A stretch of DNA of 64,000 nucleotides from NCBI GenBank assembly GCA_018816555.1, contig JAHIVT010000091.1, positions 70,484-134,483 of the forward strand, given 5' to 3'. Position numbers and translations under genes: made by a program. The notes under the pieces were generated by a model, which was not told where the DNA came from, did not search any database, and was given only the letters and a program-made list of their open reading frames with translations. Source of the stretch: Pseudomonadota bacterium (lineage in GTDB: Bacteria; Desulfobacterota; Desulfobulbia; Desulfobulbales; SURF-16). Of this stretch, positions 28,869-37,948 are shown one piece after another (position 1 is the stretch's first letter; the number at the start of each line of letters is the position of its first letter).

Positions 28869-29741
28869 TCAAGCCGAAAGAGGGATGGCGCCGACGCTGT
28901 CAATAATTTCCCGGAGGGAAAAGTCGTCGATTTGTTGAGGGTCATAGACAATATCGACCTTTGACCGGATATTTTTTTTCCACAGATCAAAATGGGCGGC
29001 GATTGTGGCGACGATGCGATCCACATCATCGGTAAAGGTGACGGTCTTGAAATCCTCTTCGCTGATCAAGGGCACCTGGTCCTGCTCAAGCCTGTCGTAG
29101 TAAAGGATTTTGCTGAGGACCTCCATGAATCCCTCCCACATGGGGTGTGCCAGGATGGGAAAATCGTTCTCAATGTGATTGACCTGCTTGAGCTGCAGCA
29201 GGTAGAGCATCTCGAGCGCCGTGCCTAAGCCGCCCTGAGCGCAATAGGCAGCCTTGATCTGGCTGACAAAGGCCTGCAGGCGTGTGGAAAAATTTTCGTG
29301 CTTGGTGGTGATGTGGGTGATACCGTTGCCGCTTTCCTCAAACGGCAGGGTAATCAGAATGCCGACATTGTCGGCGTAGGTTTCTTCTCCTCTTTTCGCC
29401 CGTGCTGCCCGTGCCCTCTCAAGCCCCTCATTGGCTGCCTGCATGATGCCGGGGCCGCCGCCCGTCACCACGCCGATCTTGCGGGCCTGGACGAGTGCCT
29501 TGGTCAGTTCGGAGATATACTGGAATTCGGAAGAGTTTTTTTCCGTGCGGGCGCTGCCGAATATGGCGATCCGGTAATGGGCCACGAGATCGAACCGCTC
29601 TTTGCGTTGCAGCTGCTGTTCGAAAATCAGACGCGATTGTTTCAGACGGGTAATGGCGGTAATGAAATTTTCCAGACGAAATGTCTGTCTCTCTTCCGCC
29701 TGCTGGATATCGGCGATGGCCTCGAGTCGTGAGTGGGTCAT
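28869..29741 (-). CDS. LOG / TIGR00730-family Rossmann protein (nucleotide 5'-monophosphate nucleosidase-like)
   Basis: GGGPGIMQAANEG and QGGLGTALE (PGGxGTxxE-type) motifs. Confidence 0.85.
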   Translation of the reverse strand: MTHSRLEAIADIQQAEERQTFRLENFITAITRLKQSRLIFEQQLQRKERFDLVAHYRIAIFGSARTEKNSSEFQYISELTKALVQARKIGVVTGGGPGIMQAANEGLERARAARAKRGEETYADNVGILITLPFEESGNGITHITTKHENFSTRLQAFVSQIKAAYCAQGGLGTALEMLYLLQLKQVNHIENDFPILAHPMWEGFMEVLSKILYYDRLEQDQVPLISEEDFKTVTFTDDVDRIVATIAAHFDLWKKNIRSKVDIVYDPQQIDDFSLREIIDSVGAIPLSA

Positions 29742-29783
29742 GATGCTTTCCGGTTAGGTAAAGTTCTTAAAAAGTAGGCAATA

Positions 29784-29930
29784 TATACACAGCGACATAA
29801 GCCCGATCCATCCCATCAGCCTTTGTCACTCGCTGCGGTGCCTGCTCACAGCGCTGCAAGGCTGCTCCGTCGGCTCCTCGCTTGTTTCGCGGCTGTTCTT
29901 GGGCGCCTCGAACTTATGTCGCTGTGTATA
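29784..29930. repeat. 147-bp MITE-like element with perfect 18-bp terminal inverted repeats
   Basis: TATACACAGCGACATAAG (29784-29801) is the exact reverse complement of CTTATGTCGCTGTGTATA (29913-29930). The 111-bp interior has a central CAGCGCTG palindrome. If the outer TA is a target duplication, the TIR is 16 bp. Confidence 0.6.
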
Positions 29931-30182
29931 GTTGGTGTTTTGCCTGCTGTCAAGCTGATGCAGCCCCTCCTCCTCGGCCTGGTGCTATTGACCACTGCTG
30001 ACTTTCTCCCTTCACGCTGCCCTGAAATCCTGGGAAAAAAGCTGATATCTTCATAAGTTGTTGATTTGCCATGCCGGTTTTGTTAGAGAAGATGGACTGC
30101 CGTTTGCTGCGGCAGTTCTTCATTAAATCTACCTCTTCACCTGACCAGTACGTGAAATGTCATAAGCCAAGGGGAGTGTGAT

Positions 30183-33100
30183 ATGGACCCCATCACCTCG
30201 AACTTTCTGACCAGTGTGGCCGCCGGGTTGACCGGAAAATTGCTGAACGCGGCCGGGAGCCGTATTGCAAAATCCTTCTCCGGCCCGGAGGAGAAAGAGG
30301 CTCTTCACCTCGCCATCCGTGACGGCATTGTCGCCCTACTGCTCACCATACCAACCGAAACCGAAGATGAGCGTGGCCATCTGGATGATATCTTCAAGGA
30401 TTTCTTCCAGGACGAGGACACGGCCAAGGCCCTGGTGGGACTCTTGCGCGGTATGCCGCCGGACCTGGAAGATCTTCAGGATATTTTCAGTGATCTGGGT
30501 TTTGTTGCCGAGCAGATTGCAGGCTTTGTTTTCCGAGAGGCCATGCAGGCCTTTACCGCCGCCTTCCTGGAATCTGCGGAGAGTTCACAAGTCCTGCAGC
30601 CGATTATCAAAATCGGCTTGCTCCGAAAACAGGCAGGTCTTCAGGAAGAAACCCTTGCCGCAATGCAGCAACTGATCTCCTTTCTGCGGCAAGCCAAGGA
30701 GGAGAGTATAAGCCTCCAGGCCGGTATCCTCCATGCCCTGGAAAAGAAGGATGCAAAACCAATGGAGTACCGCCCGCAGTTGCGGGTTATTGCCGCGGAA
30801 GGTGATTGGCAGAGCCGATACCTGCGCACTATGTGGGGCGTCTGCGACAGGCTAGAGCTGATCAACTTTGACGAATCCGCCTGCGGGACCGGAGACGATG
30901 ATGAGCTGAAGATCTCCCAGGTGTTTACCACCCTCAACCTGGCCAATCTCGATTGCGCCGAGGGTGAGGATGTGGGCGAGGTAATCCGGGGAAAATATAG
31001 GGACCAGCAGATGTCCGGGAAGGGAAGAGAGAGAGCGCGACGTTCCATTCGGGCGGTGGGTGCCGTGGCCGCCATGGACCGGCTGGTTATTCTCGGTCGG
31101 CCCGGCAGCGGCAAGAGCACACTGGTCAATCATCTGGCCGGTCAGCTCGCCCAGCGGCGAGCCAATATGCCAGAAGGATTGGCTGACTGCGGCTGGTCTG
31201 ATGAGAAACGGCCTCTGCCGGTCCGCATCGTATTGCGGAAATTTGCCGCCTGGCTGCCCGACGAAGAGCAGGCAAACGCCGGCCTGGTGGGGCGCTATCT
31301 GGAAAAGATGCTCTCTGATATGGACTGCGGGGAGGCCTACCCCTATCTCAAAAAGGTGTTATGGGAGGAGGGCGGTATCATATTTTTTGACGGGCTCGAT
31401 GAGGTGCCGGCCGGGACCGGTCGCGAAAAACGGAAGCGTATCATCGAGGCAATCCGGGATTTCTGCGCTCCGCTGGATAAATGCAAGGTGGTGGTGACCA
31501 GCCGGGAATACACCTACAAAAAGGAGGATAGCTGGCGGCTGCCGGAAAATGAATTTCCAGTGGTGGAGCTGGCCCCCTTCGGCGAGGAGCAGATGGGCGT
31601 CTTTGCCCGGGCGTGGTATGGAGCGGTGGGCCCGAAAAAACTCTGGGACAGGAAGAAATGCGATGACGAGGCAGAGAGCCTTTTTCATGCGGTTTGCTCT
31701 CAGCCCCATTTGAAAGACATGGCCGGTTCCCCCCTTCTGCTCACCATAATGGCCCAGCTCCACGGCCGGGACGGCACCCTGCCCCGGGACCGGGCCGAAC
31801 TCTACAAAAGGGCGGTCCGTGCCCTGCTCTCCCTCTGGGAAAACAGGATTGTCCGGGATGCGGGCGGCATAAAACGGATGGAGCCCGGTCTGGTCATGCA
31901 ACTGGGAGTTCGGGAGGATGTCCTGCAAAAGGTCCTGGAGCGGGTGGCCTTCCTGGCCCATGAGCGGCAGGAGGGTGAAAGGGAGACAGGGGTGCAGCCG
32001 GCCGACATCCCCCGGGCCGATCTGCGGGATGAACTTGAAAAGGAACTCAAGGATCTGAACAAGGCCCAGGAGGTGATCGATTACATCCAGCTTCGTTCAG
32101 GACTTTTGATCGCCAGGGACGGACGGACCTATGCCTTCCCCCACCGTACCTTTCAGGAATATCTGACTGCCACCTATATCCTCGGCAAGGGTGATTGCGA
32201 CCGGATGCTCAAGGAAAGGGTCAAACGGGCCCCTGACTGACTGGTGGCGGGAGGTCTTTCTGCTGGCTGCCGGCTCGGCCCGGGACAATCCCCGCATCAT
32301 TTCCGACCTGGTGGATTGTCTGCTGCCCCATGGTCCAAAGGACGAAAAGATCAGCCCGGAAAAACACTCTCATGTCTGTCTGGCTGCAACCGCCCTGGCG
32401 GAGACCGGCAGCGTCGAACGGGTCCGCCGGGAGCTGGCCGAGGAACCGGAGGGCGGCCGCTTCAGCCGTACCCACCACACCATCCAGCAGTGGCTGCAGG
32501 CAGCCATGCGATTCGCATCAGGATTGAATCCAAGGTTGCGGGCCGGGGCCGGCCGGATGTTGGGTGCTTTGGGTGATCCGCGACCAGGTGTTGGCTTGGG
32601 GCCGGACGGACTGCCGGATATGGTCTGGTTGGATATTGGAGAAGGTCCCTTCATCAAGGGTCAGGGAGATAAGGTGTTTTTAAAAAAGCCCTTTCAGATC
32701 AGCAAGTATCCGGTGACGGTGGCCCAGTTCCGGGCCTTTGTGGAGGACGGCGGCTATGCGAAAGAGGAGTTTTGGACCAGATCGAGCTGGCAATGGCGGC
32801 AGGATGTAAAGGTCACAGGACCGCGAGGTTTTTTTGGCGGGGTCTTTGCTACGGAAAACCATCCGGTGGTCGGAGTGAGCTGGTATGAGGCCATGGCCTT
32901 TTGCTCCTGGGTGTCACGAAGGACCGGCTGGCAGGTAAGTCTGCCCACCGAGGTCCAGTGGGAACGAGCGGCCCGCGGCTCAGATGGGCGTGAATATCCT
33001 TTTGTCGGTCTCTCTATATTCATGGCAATTTTAGAGAGACAGGACTGCAAGGAACATCAGCAGCGGGGCTCTTTGCCGAAGGGGATGCGGAGTGCGGGGC

Positions 33101-33299
33101 CTCTGATATGGCGGGTAATGTCTGGGAGTGGTGTGATGTTCTGGAAGGTGAGGCTATACTGGGGGTGCACGGCGGCTCGTGGCGCAACGATGCTTCGCTC
33201 GCCCGCTGCACCATCTGCTTCAGGTTCGAGCCCCACCTCAGGGACGACTACTTTGGGTTTCGTTGCGTCAGGACTCTAGTATCATGTAACATTAATTAG
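30183..33299 (+). pseudogene. NACHT (STAND) NTPase fused to C-terminal FGE-sulfatase/SUMF1 (C-type-lectin fold) domain, disrupted by two frameshifts and an IS630 insertion at the 3' end
   Basis: Frame 0 (30183-32240) carries Walker A GRPGSGKST (31095-31121) and Walker B IIFFDGLDEV. The protein continues in frame +1 (LTDWWREVFLLAAG ... YPVTVAQF ... HPVVGVSWYEAMAFC). It returns to frame 0 for DMAGNVWEWC...GGSW...YFGFRCVRT. The last codons run into the IS. Confidence 0.75.
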
Positions 33300-34505
33300 T
33301 TCGCATTTATTATCTATAGTGATATACTGATGGCATCCACAACAAAGGAGGCCATCATGTCACCGAGATACAGAGTTACTTTGACCAAAGAGGAGCGCAG
33401 CGAGCTCGAGGCATTGACGAAAAGGGGAAGAATCGAGGCCAGGCGATTCAAACACGCCCGCGCTTTGCTTCTTTGTGACGCTGGGCCAGAAGGTTTAGCA
33501 TGGAAAGTCGCTGATGTAGCTGATGCCCTGGGGGTAACCAGCCGCTCAATTGAACATCTGAAGAAGCGCTTTGTCGAAGAAGGACTCGAGGCTGCTTTGG
33601 AGCGCAAGCCAAGAGAGAAGCCTCCAAGAGATGTTATCTTTGACGGAGCATTTGAGGCACGATTGATTGCCTTGGCTTGTTCTGAAGCGCCGGAAGGACA
33701 CCAGCGATGGACAGTCAGGCTACTTGCAGAAAAAGCGGTTGAATTGAGCTTTGCTGATAAGGTGTCGCACATGACAGTGCAGCGGGTATTAAAAAAAATG
33801 AACTTCAGCCTCACCGCAAGAAATACTGGAAAATCCCGCCGAAAGGAAACGCAGCCTTTGTAGCGGCGATGGAAGATGTTCTGGAAGTATACCATCTTCC
33901 ATATGATCCTGCGTATCCAGTGGTTTGTATGGACGAATCTTCCAAGCAGTTGATCGGTGAAGTTCGAGAGCCAATACCAGGAAAACCCGGCCAAACGCGG
34001 TGCATTGACGATGAATACGTCAGAAATGGTGTCGCAGAAATATTTATGGAAGTTGAACCGCTGGCAGGTCGGCGCCATGTAGCGATCACGGAACGGCGAA
34101 CCCGTAAGGATTGGGCGGCACAGATAAAGCAAATGCTCGCTGAGCGTTATCCTCATGCTTGCAAGGTTCGTCTGGTGATGGACAATTTGAACACGCATAA
34201 TATCGCCTCACTCTATGAAGCCTTCGAACCCCAAGAGGCGAGGCGGTTGGCGGAAAGACTCGAAATTCATTACACACCCAAGCACGGAAGCTGGCTCAAC
34301 ATGGCGGAAATCGAGCTCAGCGTTCTCAAGGGGCAGTGTCTTGATCGCCGGATACCAGAAATGGCGGTCATGCAGGCCCATGTTGCTGCCTGGGGAAAAG
34401 CGAGAAACAATAGCGCGCGGAAAATTGTTTGGCAGTTCAAAACATCGGATGCTCGAATAAAGCTCCATCATCTGTATCCGAAAATATAAAAGTTACTAGG
34501 TACTA
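33277..34505 (+). mobile_element. IS630-family insertion sequence flanked by TA duplication
   Basis: Imperfect TIRs GTATCATGTAAC (33279-33290) and GTTACTAGGTAC (34492-34503) match at 9 of 12 positions. TA lies on both sides (33277-78, 34504-05). The element contains a two-frame transposase. Confidence 0.85.
33330..34489 (+). CDS. IS630-family transposase (HTH + DDE), produced by -1 ribosomal frameshift
   Basis: orfA is 33330-33863 (HTH region). orfB frame is open from ~33782, with its ATG at 33869-34489 (DDE region: VVCMDESS...LVMDNLNTH...HGSWLNMAEIE). The slippery heptamer A_AAA_AAA at 33791-33797 joins ...VLKK to NELQPHRKKYWKIPP. Confidence 0.85.
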
Positions 34506-34592
34506 GTTAAATAATCCTTTGTTCTCTTATTTTTTTTTACCCTTTAAAACAAAGCCGCCGCAGGCGGGCGAAATTTTTTCCGTAGAGAGATT

Positions 34593-34742
34593 GTGAAGGA
34601 AGTTGACGCCATAACCAAGCTCTATGATTACCTGCTCTGGCTGGTTCCAAAATTGGAGAAGTTTCCCCGCAGCCAGAAGTTTTTACTGGCCGACCGGATC
34701 GGGAACCTGGGAGCAGAAAGGGGGTCAGGCTTGACATTCTGA
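34593..34742 (+). pseudogene. truncated avd (DGR accessory variability determinant, four-helix-bundle family) fragment
   Basis: GTG 34593 translates VKEVDAITKLYDYLLWLVPKLEKFPRSQKFLLADRIGNL, then unrelated residues and a stop after 49 codons. The pattern xxLYDxLLWLxPxxEKFPRxxKFxLxDRIxNL matches Avd N-termini. Confidence 0.6.
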
Positions 34743-34856
34743 CTTTTGCCAAAAAGACGGATATCAAAATATCAAGCCTGCTGCCCCCACGATTTCCCGA
34801 TTTCCTCCAATGTAGAAACACCCTTAAAACCAGTACAGTATTTGAAAGGTTCTCCC

Positions 34857-36611
34857 ATGCACAACCAATGTGTTTCCCGTATCTTTGTTTGCTTTTCCTT
34901 CCTTCTTCTGGCAGCGCCCGGCAATGTCCCGGCCCAGGTGGGGGCGCCGGTCCTCAAGTGGCAGCACGGCGGCTGTTATTCGAGCTGGTGTGAGACGGGC
35001 TGGTACTCGTCACCGGCAGTTGCCGATCTGGACAATGACGGGGATATGGAGGTTGTTGCAGCCACCTACTCGGTTTTTATCTTAAATGGAGAGGATGGGG
35101 AGTTGAATAAGGCAATCGATCCCCCCGGCGGCAGGGTCTGGTCCGGAGTGGTCCTGGCCGATCTCGATGCTGACGGAGACACTGAAATCATCACGGCCCA
35201 CGGCGGCGGCTATCTCAATGTTTATGACCATACGGGAAATATCCTCTGGTCAAAGAACCCTGTAACCAACGAACTGCGGGGGCTTTCGGTGAGTGATCTG
35301 GACAACGATTCCACTTTGGAGATCATTGTCACCGGGGCGGTATACAGCAAGACCAACACCTGGGTCTATGAGCATGACGGCACGCCGCGGACCGGATGGC
35401 CGCAACTGACCAATGATCTGGGCTATGCCTACGGAACCTTCAACGACACTGCCACGGTGGGCGATATCAATGGTGACGGCGAGAGTGAGGTCATCGTGCC
35501 TTCGGATGTTCATTACATCTGCGCCTATTACCCGGACGGCAGCCATATCTGGGCAGACCCCATCTATGGCGACAAAGCATGGGGGAAAGTGGGCGTCTGG
35601 GAGAGTTTGATTCCGGAACTTCGGGGCTGGGGAAGCTGCGACGGCGACAGAGTGGAGAGCTATCGGGCTAATTTTGCCCATGGCGCCGGGGCAATAGCGG
35701 ATATGAACGGGGACGGCCAGCCAGAGATTATAGTCACCGGCAATGTCTATGACTGCAGCACAACTTCCTATGAGTCGCGATATACGGGGCTCTACATCTT
35801 TGACGCCGACCGGAGCCGCTTTAATGACAGCGTCTTCAACTGGGAGGCGGCCCCTGTTGATACCGGAGCGCCCCTTGTCGAGGATTACAACGTGATCGAA
35901 AGCGCCATCCCCAATCCGGCAGTTGCCGATCTTGACGGCGACGGGCTACTGGAAACCCTGTTTCCCTCCTATGACGGCAGGCTCCATGCCTTCTGGCTCG
36001 ACAAGACGGAACACGGCAACTGGCCCTATTCGGTTTACAAGCCGGCCGAGGGGGTCTTCCGCTTTGCCTCTGAACCGGTGATCGCCGACCTTGACAATAA
36101 CGGCACCGCCGAAGTCATCTTCACCTCCTGGGTTCAGAAGGGAAGCGCTCTCACCGGCAAACTTCACATTCTCGATTATCAGGGAAATCCCCTGTACGAA
36201 CCCGATCTGCCGGGCCCCTTCGGCTCTGCCGACTGGAACGGCAGCCTTGCCGCCCCGACCATTGCCAATATCGACAATGACGACGATTTCGAGATCGTGG
36301 TCAACACCGCCCACTCCGGGGTGGTTGCCTTTGATCTGCCGGGCAGCAGCCTGGCCCGTATCCTCTGGGGAACAGGCCGGGGCAGCTATCATCGCAACGG
36401 CGTCCCCTACCATGATCTTTCCCTTTGCCCTGCCGACATCTCAGGCGACGGCCAGGTAGCTTCAGCGGACCTGGCAATCTTTGCCGGCGCCTTTGGCAAG
36501 GCAAACTGCAGCGGGGCAGACTGTTCGGCTGATATCGATACGGACACCGACGTGGACGCTGTTGATCTCAGCCACATCGCAGCAGGCCTCGGACAACGAA
36601 ATTGCCTCTAG
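34857..36611 (+). CDS. secreted FG-GAP/VCBS-repeat beta-propeller protein with dockerin-like C-terminus
   Basis: Signal peptide from ATG 34857. About 8 repeats of the type ADLDxDGxxEIIV. The C-terminal tandem Ca-binding-like DISGDGQVASADL / DIDTDTDVDAVDL resembles a dockerin. Confidence 0.85.
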   Translation: MHNQCVSRIFVCFSFLLLAAPGNVPAQVGAPVLKWQHGGCYSSWCETGWYSSPAVADLDNDGDMEVVAATYSVFILNGEDGELNKAIDPPGGRVWSGVVLADLDADGDTEIITAHGGGYLNVYDHTGNILWSKNPVTNELRGLSVSDLDNDSTLEIIVTGAVYSKTNTWVYEHDGTPRTGWPQLTNDLGYAYGTFNDTATVGDINGDGESEVIVPSDVHYICAYYPDGSHIWADPIYGDKAWGKVGVWESLIPELRGWGSCDGDRVESYRANFAHGAGAIADMNGDGQPEIIVTGNVYDCSTTSYESRYTGLYIFDADRSRFNDSVFNWEAAPVDTGAPLVEDYNVIESAIPNPAVADLDGDGLLETLFPSYDGRLHAFWLDKTEHGNWPYSVYKPAEGVFRFASEPVIADLDNNGTAEVIFTSWVQKGSALTGKLHILDYQGNPLYEPDLPGPFGSADWNGSLAAPTIANIDNDDDFEIVVNTAHSGVVAFDLPGSSLARILWGTGRGSYHRNGVPYHDLSLCPADISGDGQVASADLAIFAGAFGKANCSGADCSADIDTDTDVDAVDLSHIAAGLGQRNCL

Positions 36612-36699
36612 AAAAGAGCAGGAGAGACCCGGCATTTCCCATGAACTCAGGGTTTATTCCCCTCCGTTTTTCCATTATCTCCCGGTCCTTGCGGAGCTT

Positions 36700-37947
36700 T
36701 TATAATTTTTTGCCCCAGGACAACACATTTTTCGCAATGGCCACTCCGCTCTGTTTCTGGATCAAGTCATGTCCGTCGTCATGAAACGGGAGATAGACCA
36801 GCTTGGCACAGACATTGGTAAAGCGGATGCGGGGCAGAAGGGGATAAACTTCTTTTTTGTTGAGTGTCGATGCTGCCAGGGTGATTTTCAGGGCCTGGCG
36901 GGCCTCACTCAAGGCAAGATTTGCCGGATATCTCCGACTGATATGGCCACCTCCGGGAGCCGGATGAAAGAGATTCTGGGCCGAGGTCATTCTTGTTGCC
37001 GTCTGGAGAAAAACCTTGGGTCGCACTTTAAATGCCGGGATAAAAAAACTCATCATCTCCTCTTTCTTTGGTCGTCCTCCCGTGCTTGGTTGCCTGGTTA
37101 CCCTGGCATAATCGGCAAATGTGCGGATTGAAAGCTCTGGAATGGCAGTGGATATCTTCCAAAAAGGGAGCCACATGGCCATTGTGTCCTGGGATTCTCC
37201 CTGCTGCCACTCCAATTTCTGCAGCCCTTTAGCGCTTACCTCCCAGACCGTGTCGCAATTGTCGCAGGGCACGGCCAGACAATCCCCTTCACCCTTCAGC
37301 TCCCAGCCGCATTGGGGACACAGAGCTGCAATAAAGTCAGACTGCCATTTCCGCTGAAAAGGCTTGCTTCTTTCCTCAAGAAAGGTGTCGGTTGGCACCG
37401 GAGATAAAGCAGAGTTGGTGACTGCATCAAAGAGATTTTTCTCCTCCTGTCTGACCGGCATATAAATAAAACTGAGACTCTCGCCGATATAGGCGCGGTG
37501 GAGAATTTGCGAATCGCCACCGGAGGCCATCGCGGAGAGATTTGCCGCCCGGGCCAGGATGCTCTGGGTTTTTATGGTCAGGGGGAGAAATCGTCCGGAT
37601 GTCTGGGGGCTCACCCTTAGTAATTTCATTGCCTGGGGCCGCAGGCCAAGGGAGGGGGGAAAGAGAAGGTCTGTAAAGCCGAGCTGGGTGGTATCAACGA
37701 TGCGATGGCTGATCTCTCTGCCACTTACCAGAAAAACAGACCCCCTGAAGCGAATATAAGGAATAAAGTAAAGATCACCGCTTTCCTGATCAAGGCTCTC
37801 GCCACAGGGAAGCGCGTACCGTGCCCCTGTGGGGTTGATTATGTAATTGCTGACCTTGCAGAAGGGGCAGAAAGAAAATCTGTCGGACTCGGCAATACTG
37901 ACCGGCGCCCCGCATTGAGGGCATCCGTGCTCAACGGAAAGGTCCAT
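36700..37947 (-). CDS. duplicated Zn-ribbon protein (YdjG-like partner of SPFH protein), unknown function
   Basis: N-terminal CPQCG...CPFC ribbon and a second CPQCG...CDNC ribbon at mid-protein, each followed by a similar beta-rich module. The start is 1 nt after the SPFH stop. Confidence 0.65.
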   Translation of the reverse strand: MDLSVEHGCPQCGAPVSIAESDRFSFCPFCKVSNYIINPTGARYALPCGESLDQESGDLYFIPYIRFRGSVFLVSGREISHRIVDTTQLGFTDLLFPPSLGLRPQAMKLLRVSPQTSGRFLPLTIKTQSILARAANLSAMASGGDSQILHRAYIGESLSFIYMPVRQEEKNLFDAVTNSALSPVPTDTFLEERSKPFQRKWQSDFIAALCPQCGWELKGEGDCLAVPCDNCDTVWEVSAKGLQKLEWQQGESQDTMAMWLPFWKISTAIPELSIRTFADYARVTRQPSTGGRPKKEEMMSFFIPAFKVRPKVFLQTATRMTSAQNLFHPAPGGGHISRRYPANLALSEARQALKITLAASTLNKKEVYPLLPRIRFTNVCAKLVYLPFHDDGHDLIQKQSGVAIAKNVLSWGKKL

Positions 37948-37948
37948 G

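Noticed and set aside
28555-28872. 105-aa minus-strand ORF as a live gene.
   Set aside because: It has a TTG start and many rare codons (AGG, CGA, CTA, TTA, GGA). It crosses a 13-bp hairpin and overlaps the htpG 3' end by 40 nt. It is kept only as a possible relic in findings.
29784-29930. Elements 1 and 2 (also 39169-39345) as integron attC sites.
   Set aside because: The terminal sequences do not fit the RYYYAAC/GTTRRRY core sites, there is no integrase or cassette context, and the perfect long TIRs are more MITE-like.
33100-34860. A template repeat (TR) for the putative variable region, looked for within this window.
   Set aside because: I saw no second copy of the 33120-33275 sequence between the avd fragment and the FG-GAP gene or elsewhere in the window. 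The locus is therefore called decayed rather than active.
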